This document shows positions 38,377-48,388 of a DNA stretch of 64,000 bases, one piece after another. Made by a program: the position numbers and the translations under genes. The stretch is from the NCBI GenBank assembly GCA_965226195.1, contig OZ245333.1:1185205-1249204 (forward strand), written 5' to 3'. The stretch comes from Oligoflexales bacterium (GTDB lineage: Bacteria; Bdellovibrionota_B; Oligoflexia; Oligoflexales; JAPPIL01). Below the pieces are notes generated by a model. It made no database searches, was not told where the DNA came from, and saw nothing but the letters and a program-made list of their open reading frames with translations. Numbering within the stretch: position 1 is the first letter of the stretch; every line of letters starts with the position of its first letter.

Positions 38377-39054
38377 ATGCGTAAGATAGTGCTGCATCGC
38401 CCCCCGAATGCAGAAATGTGCCCACTAGGGTTTCACGTTGTTAAAGGGCATTGGCGCACATGTGCGAGTGGAGCAGTTACATGGGTCGATGTTCACCTCA
38501 GAAAAAACCGCGGCAAAATAACGATGTATCTTTTTGAAAATATGCAGTTTCTCTATTGGAATAACGCCAAAAAATATCCCAAAATAAACGCTATCAAAGG
38601 CTTTCTAGGACACCACAACCTCGATAGTGTCATACAATTTTGGTTGAGCTACTGGCGTAGCAGAGGGGTGAAATTCCCCCAAGGACTTGACCCACTACAC
38701 ATAAAAGCACTAATTGCCGCAGAATCAAGCTTCAATCCCAAAGCTAAAGCAAAGACCAGTACGGCAACAGGACTAATGCAGGTCTTAAGCACATCACTGC
38801 AGCGTTTAAAAGGAGTTAAGAAAAACAATTGGCGCGAGGGACGCGACAATTACCTCAGAATTTCGCGGGAAGAATTAAAAGACCCTGTTGTCAACATCGC
38901 TGTGGGTACCCGATGGCTAGGGCACAAGTATTTCTTGCGCAGAAACCTCAGCAAGAAGGGAATTCGAGAAACTATTCGTGATTATCATTCACGCACAAAA
39001 GAAGGAGAGGCTTATGCCGATAAAATTCTTAAATTGTATCGTCTTTCTCAGTAG
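38377..39054 (+). CDS. lytic transglycosylase (SLT domain)
   Basis: LIAAESSFNPKAKAKTSTATGLMQV catalytic-Glu motif. Confidence 0.7.
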   Translation: MRKIVLHRPPNAEMCPLGFHVVKGHWRTCASGAVTWVDVHLRKNRGKITMYLFENMQFLYWNNAKKYPKINAIKGFLGHHNLDSVIQFWLSYWRSRGVKFPQGLDPLHIKALIAAESSFNPKAKAKTSTATGLMQVLSTSLQRLKGVKKNNWREGRDNYLRISREELKDPVVNIAVGTRWLGHKYFLRRNLSKKGIRETIRDYHSRTKEGEAYADKILKLYRLSQ

Positions 39055-39544
39055 CGTACTATTCACTACAAGCGTGTATGCTCCTTTAGGGGATGTGTCA
39101 ACAGGGGTAGACAGGCTACAGTTAGCAGATGGCGAGATCGTCATCAAAATAAACAGGTCGCGCCAATGCATACAGGATGCGGAAGCGGGCAAGGATGTGG
39201 ATTGCTTCCCTAACTCCATAATAATGTTGAAAAGGAAGGGCAAGGTTTACGATCTTACTCATATTATAGAAAAATGGAATGAGTTTTATGTTTATTTCGT
39301 TAAAATAAGAAAAAATAAATATCTGGTAGACCTGAACAACGACAAGCGAGACGAGATCGCTATTTTGCCGATGCTCTCTGGGGGCGGAGCACACGTATTG
39401 ACTGCTTACATCTATACCGTTATGGACGAGGGGCTGAAACTTTTTGGCGAAGGCAGGTTTTTTTGGGAGTTCGGCAGTCATGTCAAATTCGGCTGCCCCC
39501 GATGCTGGAAATATGATTTGCACCAGTGTGATACCTGCTACTGA
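39014..39544 (+). CDS. hypothetical secreted protein
   Basis: ATG 39014 after GAAGGAGAGG. Signal MPIKFLNCIVFLSSVLFTTSVYA. Overlaps the upstream gene by 41 nt. Confidence 0.45.
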   Translation: MPIKFLNCIVFLSSVLFTTSVYAPLGDVSTGVDRLQLADGEIVIKINRSRQCIQDAEAGKDVDCFPNSIIMLKRKGKVYDLTHIIEKWNEFYVYFVKIRKNKYLVDLNNDKRDEIAILPMLSGGGAHVLTAYIYTVMDEGLKLFGEGRFFWEFGSHVKFGCPRCWKYDLHQCDTCY

Positions 39545-39600
39545 TTGATGCTTGTGTCATCTGCACACAATGCGCAAATGTTTGTCCAAGGGGTTGTAAA

Positions 39601-40374
39601 ATGCATGCACAGATGCTTGCCGTTGCGCTGATTAGTTTGGTAGTACTTGGTGGATATGACAAGCAGGGCTATTATCCAGGCAGAGCAGCTCTTGACGGCA
39701 ACAAAATTCCGATCACCAAGCTGCCTTCTATCATTGAGAACGGTAAGCTTATTGACATGTGTGACGAAGGTCAGATCCCCTACCTTGACCATTGCTTTGA
39801 TAGCGTCCACTTTGAGGCTGAACGAGCAGGATTTAGGTTAGAGTCGAAGACGCGTATCTTTGCCGCCTGGACGACTGCCAGCCAAGTATGGCTTAAAACA
39901 TTCACTACGATTGAAACATGGAACGGAAATAACTTATCACATGGCTATCGGCTCACCTATAAGTGCATTGATGGGTCGTCTAGTTGTGCTATCCCATCGT
40001 GGTTTCGCATCTTAAAGACAAAAAAAATTGGCAAAACACACTACATGGATTACCTCACACTCAACACTCATTACAGGTGGGGCGGTGTCCTGACGGGGCG
40101 CACCACGCACAGTTGGCCAGTGCAGGGAACGATCGCCATGAAAGGCAAGGTCTACCCCTTGCCAGTCACTAAAAAACAGGTCAAGAGTGTGTATGGCCAT
40201 TCTTCGCCCGTAAGGACAGCAAGCAAGTATCTTGAGACCGTTTTCAATTACGACTGTGACCCTACAATACTTCCCGACTGCTCTGTGAACGATGACAATA
40301 AGCCACTCATGCACATCTCATACAAGGTAGACAACTATCAGAGAGAGGAGGATATGAAGCTTGCAGATAACTAA
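39601..40374 (+). CDS. hypothetical secreted/membrane-anchored protein
   Basis: N-terminal hydrophobic segment. No family recognised. Confidence 0.4.
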   Translation: MHAQMLAVALISLVVLGGYDKQGYYPGRAALDGNKIPITKLPSIIENGKLIDMCDEGQIPYLDHCFDSVHFEAERAGFRLESKTRIFAAWTTASQVWLKTFTTIETWNGNNLSHGYRLTYKCIDGSSSCAIPSWFRILKTKKIGKTHYMDYLTLNTHYRWGGVLTGRTTHSWPVQGTIAMKGKVYPLPVTKKQVKSVYGHSSPVRTASKYLETVFNYDCDPTILPDCSVNDDNKPLMHISYKVDNYQREEDMKLADN

Positions 40375-40458
40375 CTGTTTGCAGATCAACCATGCGAGCG
40401 GCAAGAGCAACTGCGCAGTAGCAAGAAAAGAAATCGGGACGACTGCTGTGCGGAATCT

Positions 40459-40941
40459 TTGTCCAATCATAAGTTATCAATGAGATCAGGGGTCTATGAC
40501 ACTTCTCCCCTCATACCCGAAGCCCTGATCAGACAAAAATACCTCGAAAATCTCCTCTCAACCAGAGAGATTGCCGAGGAGTTCTCTTGTTCAAAAACAC
40601 GGGTCAGAAGCCTGCGCCTGAGATATGGGGTACCCCTGAGAGAGCCAAACAAATATCACAAAGACCATTGGAGAGTTTATGGTAAACGGCGAGTCGGGGG
40701 CAAAGCAGTAGACCACCAGCGGGAGCTGTGCACCATCGCCGCCATCAAAAGAATGTATGCCGAGGGCATGAGCACCGTAGCTATCGCAAGAACGCTGTCC
40801 ACCATGCAAACCCCCACCAAACGACAGGGCAAGGGCTGGGATCACAGCATGGTCATTGCTATTCTTAAACGGGAGGGGGTGTATGTGGAGTGGCGCAATA
40901 CACGGGAGAGACAGATTGTGACATCTTTGGTCTCGTCTTGA
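40459..40941 (+). CDS. small HTH / recombinase-domain-like protein lacking a catalytic resolvase domain
   Basis: AIKRMYAEGMSTVAIARTLSTMQTPTKRQGKGWDHSMVIAILKREGVY resembles the Recombinase domain of large serine recombinases. The start may be ATG 40480. Confidence 0.45.
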   Translation: MSNHKLSMRSGVYDTSPLIPEALIRQKYLENLLSTREIAEEFSCSKTRVRSLRLRYGVPLREPNKYHKDHWRVYGKRRVGGKAVDHQRELCTIAAIKRMYAEGMSTVAIARTLSTMQTPTKRQGKGWDHSMVIAILKREGVYVEWRNTRERQIVTSLVSS

Positions 40942-41033
40942 CGGGGGGTCATGCTAGGTCTTATGTAGGTAATTTATGAGGCATAAAGCCATTCTGGAAA
41001 GCAGGCCAGCCCACTATCTCCGCTGCTTTTTTC

Positions 41034-41573
41034 TCATTTTCTCATTTTCTCATTTTCTTTCTCCGCCTTTCTGTTCAAATCAACGGGGTTGCCACAGGGT
41101 GGACAGCACCAAGAAAATTTATTGTGAGATATGGCAAACTCTCCCATCCTGATTATGTCCATTCCTATAAGAGCTTTGGGAACTGTAGAGCTCATATCTA
41201 CTTCCCCGACACATATGGGGAAATGTCCTATATCGCCAGGCACCCCTTCCAACACTATGCCAGCAACATATACTGACCTTCGTATAAGACCCGCCGCCGT
41301 GTTAGTGTTCCTCATTCCAATGAGGTGAAGATTAAGCGTTTTGGCAACGCTGGCATCCACAGATGTAGTGGTGCATCCAGTGTCCCAGATCCCGTCTATC
41401 TCGATGCATCCCCAATCTCTCGTAGACTGGATCGGGATACCATCACGGTCGAAGGGGTTGAGAACCTTCAATTTGCAAAGGAGTGAAGTATCTTCTCTTT
41501 TCAGCACTGTGCTGAAAGAGACATGGCACTTGTTTCCTTTGGGGTAAAAAATTTGTGCATCTGGTGGTTGCAA
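41034..41573 (-). CDS. retropepsin-like aspartic protease
   Basis: IEIDGIWDTGCTTTSV (DTG active-site motif) and ALIGMDIIRMGEFAISH. Confidence 0.6.
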   Translation of the reverse strand: MQPPDAQIFYPKGNKCHVSFSTVLKREDTSLLCKLKVLNPFDRDGIPIQSTRDWGCIEIDGIWDTGCTTTSVDASVAKTLNLHLIGMRNTNTAAGLIRRSVYVAGIVLEGVPGDIGHFPICVGEVDMSSTVPKALIGMDIIRMGEFAISHNKFSWCCPPCGNPVDLNRKAEKENEKMRK

Positions 41574-41588
41574 TGGATGTTATACCGT

Positions 41589-41876
41589 CTAAATCAGAGA
41601 GAAGTTGGCTTTGTCATCAACCACATGCTGGATGATGAATGTCCCCAACCTGTGCTCCTTAATCGTTTCTTCCAGTGCTTCCTTGAAGCTGCTGTACCGC
41701 TTGTCCTGAATTTTGTCGCCCACGACAACGACAAAACTGCCTGGACACTCGTCGAGAAGCTTGTCCTTACTCTCCTCAAACACCTCAAAGCTACGATTCA
41801 AAGCATCCATGCCATATTCCTCTGCCACATCACTACAATTTATACGGTAGCCCGCTTTACTGCAACCCTCATACAT
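41589..41876 (-). CDS. small protein, tentatively DUF5678-like
   Basis: GSFVVVVGDKIQDKRYSSFKEALEE pattern. 15-nt spacing from the protease gene. Confidence 0.3.
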   Translation of the reverse strand: MYEGCSKAGYRINCSDVAEEYGMDALNRSFEVFEESKDKLLDECPGSFVVVVGDKIQDKRYSSFKEALEETIKEHRLGTFIIQHVVDDKANFSLI

Positions 41877-41930
41877 TTTATCGCAGATATAGTGTGTTAA
41901 CCTTAGCTAGGACTGAATTTGGAGGTAGGA

Positions 41931-42308
41931 TCAAGCTGTTGGCCTGACAACAAAACAGCTGTGCAGTAGAAGCGGGGGTGCAATCTCCGTGCCTGCTGGC
42001 TCGCATCGAATTTTTGCTAGTGACAAGTCCGACAGCTTGTAAAACTCAAGTGCTGTTTCGTAAGAATAAATCCCCTGTGGCTCGCCGTTCCTGTTGCATG
42101 ACCACAGAGACCACATGACATACTCCGAGTGTGGCTCGAAAGGGTAGTGCTTAAGGCGGTAAATTCCCCGGTACTCCCTCTTCCAATACCCCAGATAATA
42201 AGCGTGATTGCGAGCATCAAACCCAGCTCCTATAGCTTGGCGGGTGGTAAACAACCCCTGTTGCTGTTCGGCTATCCTGTCTAGGGCAGAATACTTGTCA
42301 CTTCTCAC
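41931..42308 (-). pseudogene. AbiEi-type antitoxin/transcriptional regulator, N-terminal fragment only
   Basis: LDRIAEQQQGLFTTRQAIGAGF...YRGIYRL...YSYETALEFYKLSDL matches the AbiEi N-terminal domain. The ORF ends at 125 aa and there is no AbiEii neighbour. Confidence 0.5.
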
Positions 42309-42567
42309 TGCACAAAAACCATGAATCCTATGTATATTGTGCAGCTAAAATACATTTTTATCAATGATTTCAGATGGGGTGATTATGTATTTTTACACTG
42401 CTCTCGCTGGCCTCTAAAAAGTTATGGGAGGAAATTATGCTTTCTGTTATGTATAAATCTAGCAATATCAAGGTGTTATATCCAAGGTGAGCTAACATCC
42501 TCATATAACTGCCCTCTATGTCCCCATCCTTGACATAAGAAAGTGCGAAGCATACGCTGACATTGTT

Positions 42568-43917
42568 ATGAAGCCGCTTAACCCCAGTGTTGGTAATGTT
42601 ATTCCCTTTCCGCATGTGGACAGGCCACCCCCTGCACCCTCGACTCCTAAATTCGATAGGATTGCTGAGCGGGCGGCGAAGCTTGCCAAGCTTTCTAACT
42701 ACCCGTGTGAATTCGATTTTGAGATCTATAAACGGTTGGAAACTAGGTTTGGTGCTAACCAACCACGGGGTGGGGTGGTGTTTCAAAGCCCTTTTAAGCT
42801 GGTCAATAGCCACAACACTTGCCAGCAGTGCCTTTATGCTTTTGAAGTCGATACCTATGGTCGAGGCTGTATTCACAACTGTGTCTACTGCTATGCCAAA
42901 GCTGAACTGACAGTGCACGCCTACTGGAATCGCCCTTTCCCTATGCCAGTCGATATAACAGAGATATGGAAGACCTTCTACTATGCCCTTGAAACTGACA
43001 AAAAATCACGCTGGCGAGAAATGATCGAGATGCGTGTTCCGCTGCGTATCGGCTCTATGTCTGATTCCTTTATGGTCATAGACAAAAAATATAAGGTTAC
43101 GCAAGAACTGCTAAAAATGCTCAGTTACTATGATTACCCTTATATCATCTTCACCCGTTCAGATTTGATTGCTCAAGATGAGTATTTGCAACTGTTGCGT
43201 CCTGATCTTTGTTCGGTGCAGATGAGTATCGCTTCGACCAACGATGAGATGAATCGTCAGATAGAGCCGGGTGCACCCAGTACTAAGCGACGCTTAAAAG
43301 CTTTACAAAAACTTGTGCGTAGCGGTTTTTGGACAACTGCGAGACTAAATCCGTTCTTTCCCATCTATCCAGATGGCTATTTCACTGATCCCAATTTTGA
43401 CCGTAAGAATATGCCTGAACCTTTCCCTTACTCCAGCTTTGATATGGTCGATGAGATAGCAGATCACGGTGTACCAGCAATTTTGGCTGGTATTGTCAGG
43501 TTATCGAGTTTTTCCCTCAATCAAATAGAAAAAGCTTGTGGTCGTAACTTGCGCGAGTTTTACCGCGACAATACGAAAAAGACTGCCATCTTCACCGAGA
43601 AAAAATCTCGTGATTTTCACTACAGTGATGCGGAGATCAGAGCATATTATGAGCGTATTCATGCCAAGTGTGTGCAAAGAGGTATTCAGTTCACCACCTG
43701 CTACATCGGTAATGGAGAGAGTCATTTTTGGAAGGATCAAGACCTGTGGTCTAACAAGAAAGACTGTTGCAATGCCATCGATCGTGTCGAGAAATTCGCT
43801 AAAACTAAAACCGCGCGTGACATCAGCTGGGATGTAAGAATGAAACACACCAACAACAAGTGCCTAAAGCCAGACAACAAAGATACACTGCATCGCCCTC
43901 TAAACCATCGTGACTAA
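42568..43917 (+). CDS. radical SAM protein, SplB/COG1533-like
   Basis: GRGCIHNCVYCYAKAE (CxxxCxxC). RIGSMSDSF, IIFTRSDLIAQDEYLQLL and EPGAPSTKRRLKALQKLV blocks. Confidence 0.7.
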   Translation: MKPLNPSVGNVIPFPHVDRPPPAPSTPKFDRIAERAAKLAKLSNYPCEFDFEIYKRLETRFGANQPRGGVVFQSPFKLVNSHNTCQQCLYAFEVDTYGRGCIHNCVYCYAKAELTVHAYWNRPFPMPVDITEIWKTFYYALETDKKSRWREMIEMRVPLRIGSMSDSFMVIDKKYKVTQELLKMLSYYDYPYIIFTRSDLIAQDEYLQLLRPDLCSVQMSIASTNDEMNRQIEPGAPSTKRRLKALQKLVRSGFWTTARLNPFFPIYPDGYFTDPNFDRKNMPEPFPYSSFDMVDEIADHGVPAILAGIVRLSSFSLNQIEKACGRNLREFYRDNTKKTAIFTEKKSRDFHYSDAEIRAYYERIHAKCVQRGIQFTTCYIGNGESHFWKDQDLWSNKKDCCNAIDRVEKFAKTKTARDISWDVRMKHTNNKCLKPDNKDTLHRPLNHRD

Positions 43918-44299
43918 AAAAACCTACACAGGTATCAACATCCAGTGGCCTATTTCCAGAGAAATACTTGCTGGCAGAAAATCCATCGAGACCCGCTTCT
44001 ACCCCATTCCCGCAAAGTATCTCAACCAAGAGATGTTGCTGATCGAAACCCCCGGCACACAGGGTAAATTCAAGTCTCGTATCACTGCTTCTATTAAGTT
44101 TACCAAGTGCTTCAAATACAAAGACCCTGAGTCATTCTATGCCGATTACCCCCGACACCATGTGGATAAAGACTCACCTTGGGCATGGAAGGATAAGCCA
44201 AAGTGGGGATGGTATGTTGAGGTTGTCAGGACTATCGACCCCCCTATTTCTTTTTTGGGGAAGAAAGGCATTGTTTATACTAAGGATATTTCGTTTTGA
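43910..44299 (+). CDS. ASCH (PUA-fold) domain protein
   Basis: INIQWPISREILAGRKSIETRFYP pattern. GTG start overlaps the radical SAM gene by 8 nt. Confidence 0.5.
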   Translation: MTKKTYTGINIQWPISREILAGRKSIETRFYPIPAKYLNQEMLLIETPGTQGKFKSRITASIKFTKCFKYKDPESFYADYPRHHVDKDSPWAWKDKPKWGWYVEVVRTIDPPISFLGKKGIVYTKDISF

Positions 44300-44428
44300 A
44301 TTTCTTCTAATGTAGTTATTTTCTATGTTCACTGTAAGTTCTAATGCTAGGTAAAGTTCCTATCTGCGAACACTCTTCTGCTTATGACTTTCACTATCCC
44401 GTATATCTGTGGTTAAGCTATGTTTGGA

Positions 44429-46327
44429 TCAAACAATTTTCAGCACTTTCTTGCTTCGCTTATTCAGCTTTGCATGTAGATAGCTTATGTCTCTATTTCC
44501 CTTGACTGAGTTACAGTGGTGACACAATAGCTGCAGATTACCATCTGTGTCAGAACCACCTTTAGATCTAGGGATGATATGGTCTTTTGTCATATTTAGA
44601 AATGGAAAGTGCACTTTACAGCCAGCACATAGTCCTTCTTGCTTACCATAAAGGGTATGTTTTACATCTTTTGATGGTCTAGGAGCATTACGTACGGGTA
44701 GGTCTTTCCTGACAGTTACTATGTTCGATTTTTTACCTAGTTCATTGGCTAGCCTCTGCTTAACTAGTTTGCCAGCTAAATCACTTAAATCTATGCCAAT
44801 CCATCTCCTTTCTAACTTCTCAGCTGCAATACACGCGGTGGCACAGCCACAGAAGGGGTCAAGAACTAATCCATCCTCAGGGCATGAAGCCTCAATAATT
44901 CTCTCTAAAAGCTTGAGTGGCTTTTGTGTTTTGTATTCCGTTTTCTCTTCTTTTGTTAGTGGCATGTATTCAATGAGGTTATTTGCCTCTATCCCTTTGT
45001 CATCCTCTTCGAAGTATTTTCTGTAAGGTTTTCCATTTTTGGTCCATCCAAGTCGGCCTTCCTTATCCATCTTCTCTAGCTTTTCTTTTTTCATCATCCA
45101 ACCATAAGGTGGAACATACCCTTTATACTCATACTTTAGGTTTTCTCTAGCATTTGATCTATTCAAGGTGATGTTGTCAGCCGCATAACGTCTCCCGTTT
45201 TCATCTTTTCTTTTATACTTCTCCTTTAACTCTTTGTCTGTCCGTTCTCTTATAGGAATTTCAAAAAAATAGTCTGCAGTTTTAGCATAAAATAAAATAT
45301 GATCAACCTGATCCCCATAACTTCTCTTTTTGTGCTGGCTGCCCTTTTTCCCGACTTGCCTATGTCTAGATAGGTTGTTTATAAAGTTGGCCTTTTTAAA
45401 AATGCAGTCCATGAGCAGTTTAAGGCTGTGAACCATAGTGTTGTCACAATGAAGATAAATTGATCCCGTGCTTTTCAAAATTCTGTGTATTTCTATAATT
45501 CTCATTGCCATATAAATGAGGTAGGCTTTATCTTTTTTACCATTAACAACCCCAATAGCATGTATCACTTCGTAGAGTTCTTGATTCTTTTCAGACAATT
45601 CTCCCCACCATGCTTCATCTGTATCAGACAGTTTCCACATATCCTTGAAATGAAAACCAGCCTCTTTACTACCAACTGGGGCCTTGTAGTCTTTATTAGA
45701 GTTAAAGGGAGGATCTAGGTAAACTAGATCAATGGACTCACTCTCTATACCCCTGATCACCTCAAGATTGTCCCTAATAAAAATACTACGATTGAATTTA
45801 TCCGCGCTTACTTTTTCACCTGCGACCCCAAAATCAGCAAGAAATGCTTGCCAATTCTTTCGAGATTTGGCCTTGCCACTGATGAGCTTATCAAACAGGA
45901 CAGCGTACTTCACCTCCTCTTGAGCAGCAGAGTCAAAAACACGAAGCTCTTTGCCATTAGTGATAACCGCGAGCATGCCTACCTTGTTTGAATGTAGATA
46001 GAGGACTCTGTCGTTATAATACTCTTGCAAATTCTCCTTATCAGTATCAGTGACAAACAAAGCCCACGGGTATAACTCATCGTTGTGAGGTTCAAAGTCA
46101 GGTGATTCTTTGCTCGGTTTACAGGGGACAAACTCGCCCTTAAGCCCCATAACGACTTCAAGGAAATGTTTGCCGAGTTCCCTTTTTTTCCTATGGGAGA
46201 ATTCCCCTCTGCAAGAGTCAACCTTGCCCAAAAACTCCTCAAGCTGGGTGAGACGTAACTCGTTTGCTCTTCTGGCCATAACACACCTGTGCAGTAATAC
46301 CTTGATTTCATCTCTCACATCGGCCAC
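44429..46327 (-). CDS. beta-class N6A/N4C DNA methyltransferase fused to a C-terminal HNH nuclease and an uncharacterised N-terminal domain
   Basis: Motif IV LVYLDPPFNS precedes motif I LVLDPFCGCATACIAA. C-terminal CAGC...DHIIPRSKGGSDTDGNLQLLCHHCNSVKG. Confidence 0.8.
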   Translation of the reverse strand: MADVRDEIKVLLHRCVMARRANELRLTQLEEFLGKVDSCRGEFSHRKKRELGKHFLEVVMGLKGEFVPCKPSKESPDFEPHNDELYPWALFVTDTDKENLQEYYNDRVLYLHSNKVGMLAVITNGKELRVFDSAAQEEVKYAVLFDKLISGKAKSRKNWQAFLADFGVAGEKVSADKFNRSIFIRDNLEVIRGIESESIDLVYLDPPFNSNKDYKAPVGSKEAGFHFKDMWKLSDTDEAWWGELSEKNQELYEVIHAIGVVNGKKDKAYLIYMAMRIIEIHRILKSTGSIYLHCDNTMVHSLKLLMDCIFKKANFINNLSRHRQVGKKGSQHKKRSYGDQVDHILFYAKTADYFFEIPIRERTDKELKEKYKRKDENGRRYAADNITLNRSNARENLKYEYKGYVPPYGWMMKKEKLEKMDKEGRLGWTKNGKPYRKYFEEDDKGIEANNLIEYMPLTKEEKTEYKTQKPLKLLERIIEASCPEDGLVLDPFCGCATACIAAEKLERRWIGIDLSDLAGKLVKQRLANELGKKSNIVTVRKDLPVRNAPRPSKDVKHTLYGKQEGLCAGCKVHFPFLNMTKDHIIPRSKGGSDTDGNLQLLCHHCNSVKGNRDISYLHAKLNKRSKKVLKIV

Positions 46328-46538
46328 TTGTTTTAGCTAATTTAATTTTGTTTCAAATTTTTTGAGGTAATAATTTTAAGAAAATACAAAAATCGACAAC
46401 AGTATGATTTATACAAATGGATTGTAATTCTGAGGTGCTCTATTTTTCAAAACACTTGTAGTGTTTCCTTGCTCTGGCGGTCATTCATATGAGTAGGCTT
46501 GGGAATTTTGCTCGTATAAGCAAGTGCGAAGATAGAAA

Positions 46539-47546
46539 CTACCCATCCCCTTTATTCTGGTCAGCCTGCTGGGTGAAAGCCTCCAACTCGCGGATATCTG
46601 CCTCGTCAGCCTCAATCGCTTTGCGCTTCCTGCGGCTATCATCGAACTGCTGATAGCGTTCCTCAGCCAGTTTCTTGGCTACCACCATTTCGACCTTGCC
46701 AGCATGAGTTAGCAGATCACGTTCGTTGAATTGCAGAAAGGCATCAAGCTTATCTGACCAATGTGCCATTGTTATGGTCTTGCGTTGCTTTGCCTGATCT
46801 TCCGCGTAATCGAGATACATGGTTACGATACGATTGAGCTGTTCGATCTCATCCTGCTTCAGATAGTTTTTGGCGGTACTAACATCACCCTTGCGGACAA
46901 CTGATCCTTTCCACGAGGTAAGATCCATATTAGGCTGGTTCGGATCGCTGCGGCTAGCTATCAACTCTGCTGCTGTCTGTCCGGTAATTGCCCACAACAT
47001 CTTGTTCTGCACCTTCTTGAAAAACAGCTTGGCCTGCTCTGAATTCTTATCGTAATCAACCGCGGTGGTGTAGAGATCCCTGATCTTCTGATAAAAGCGT
47101 TTCTCCGATGCTCGGATGTCACGGATGCGTGCTAGCCATTCATCGAAGTAGTCCCACTGATCGCCATGCTTGAGACGCTGATCGTCCATAGCAAAGCCCT
47201 TGACTAGGTATTCCTTGAGAGTGGTGTTTGCCCACCTGCGAAACTGTACGCCTCGCGGTGAGCGTACTCGGAAGCCGACGGCCAGAATCATGTCCAAATT
47301 GTAGTGAATGGTGCTATATACCTTGCCATCAGCAGCAGTTCGTCGGAAATTCCGACAAACTGAATCTTTGTTCAGCTCCTGGTCATCAAAGACGTTGCTG
47401 ATGTGCTCAGCTATGGTAGATCGTCCCTTATCGAATAATTCAGCGAGATCATCCTGAGTCAACCAGACCGTGCCATCACTGGCACGCAAGCTGACCTCAG
47501 CAAGACCATCTTCTGTTTGGTATAGGATTAGTTCGCCGCTCTTCAT
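46539..47546 (-). CDS. RhuM-family protein
   Basis: LILYQTEDGLAEVSLRASDGTVWLTQDDLAELF...VYSTIHYNLDMILAVGFRVRSPRGVQFRRWA. Confidence 0.75.
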   Translation of the reverse strand: MKSGELILYQTEDGLAEVSLRASDGTVWLTQDDLAELFDKGRSTIAEHISNVFDDQELNKDSVCRNFRRTAADGKVYSTIHYNLDMILAVGFRVRSPRGVQFRRWANTTLKEYLVKGFAMDDQRLKHGDQWDYFDEWLARIRDIRASEKRFYQKIRDLYTTAVDYDKNSEQAKLFFKKVQNKMLWAITGQTAAELIASRSDPNQPNMDLTSWKGSVVRKGDVSTAKNYLKQDEIEQLNRIVTMYLDYAEDQAKQRKTITMAHWSDKLDAFLQFNERDLLTHAGKVEMVVAKKLAEERYQQFDDSRRKRKAIEADEADIRELEAFTQQADQNKGDG

Positions 47547-48388
47547 CCTAGGTACCTACACCGGGGCGAACAGAGCAGGCAATGGAGAATCACGATACAT
47601 CTACTCTGCCATACCAACACTAGGGTAGCTATGCCGAGGGTCTAGATGGTTTGCCTACGATAAACGTAGGGTCAGGGGGCAAAGCTGCAGGCCACGGGTG
47701 AGTAGAGAGCCATCGCTAGGTTCTTAAACACTGTAGATGCCCTCCAAACAGTAGAGGAGAAGATAAGGATTAAGCAGTCCACAATTACTTACAAAGTTGT
47801 GGACACATTCTGTGCAGCGGTTGGATTGGTCGGAGTTACAGGAGCGTGATCTTTGTTTTCTTCTCCACTTTGCGGAAGATTGGGCGAAAAATTTGTTAAG
47901 TATCCTAATAAGTTGCCGTGAGATTTTGGCTGGCGGAGGGCAAGATAGCGGCACATTGGGGAGTTGAGCGGCTTTTCTAGTTCTACATAGCACGTGGAGA
48001 AGAACGCTGCCGCGGGGAGAAGAATTGCCTTCCCTGAATTTTCCCGACTCTGCGCTTAATAAGCATGCAGTCTTCACACGGGAGCGAGCCAGCGACCAAC
48101 AAGCCGCGCAAAGCACCTTTACAAGCAGAAGGTGACACCTCAAAGCGAACTGCACGACCTGATCGACCGCCTCGACGCTGACAAGGTTATGGTATGCCTT
48201 TCAACCAGAGGGTGAAAATTTAACCCGTGCAGTGTTTTGTCTTGGCAATCCTTTCCTGATGATTGGTGGGCTGCTGTCGCTGCTGTGCTCGTGTTGGCGT
48301 TGGTACCGCTGCCCATTACTACTTTATCTGCGCTACTGGAGTTGGTTCACCAGTTGGACCTAAGGAGCAAGCGGCAAACAGCCGTGCC

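Noticed and set aside
42370-42918. 182-aa minus-strand ORF overlapping the radical SAM gene start
   Set aside because: It is antisense to a well-supported gene and its upstream region, with no recognisable motifs.
47724-48155. 143-aa minus-strand ORF in the 840-bp gap
   Set aside because: No RBS and an odd Cys/Arg/Ser-rich composition. It is probably non-coding or a decayed remnant. It shares only a 15-mer (CTGCGCTTAATAAGC) with the 5' end of gene 48389-49372.
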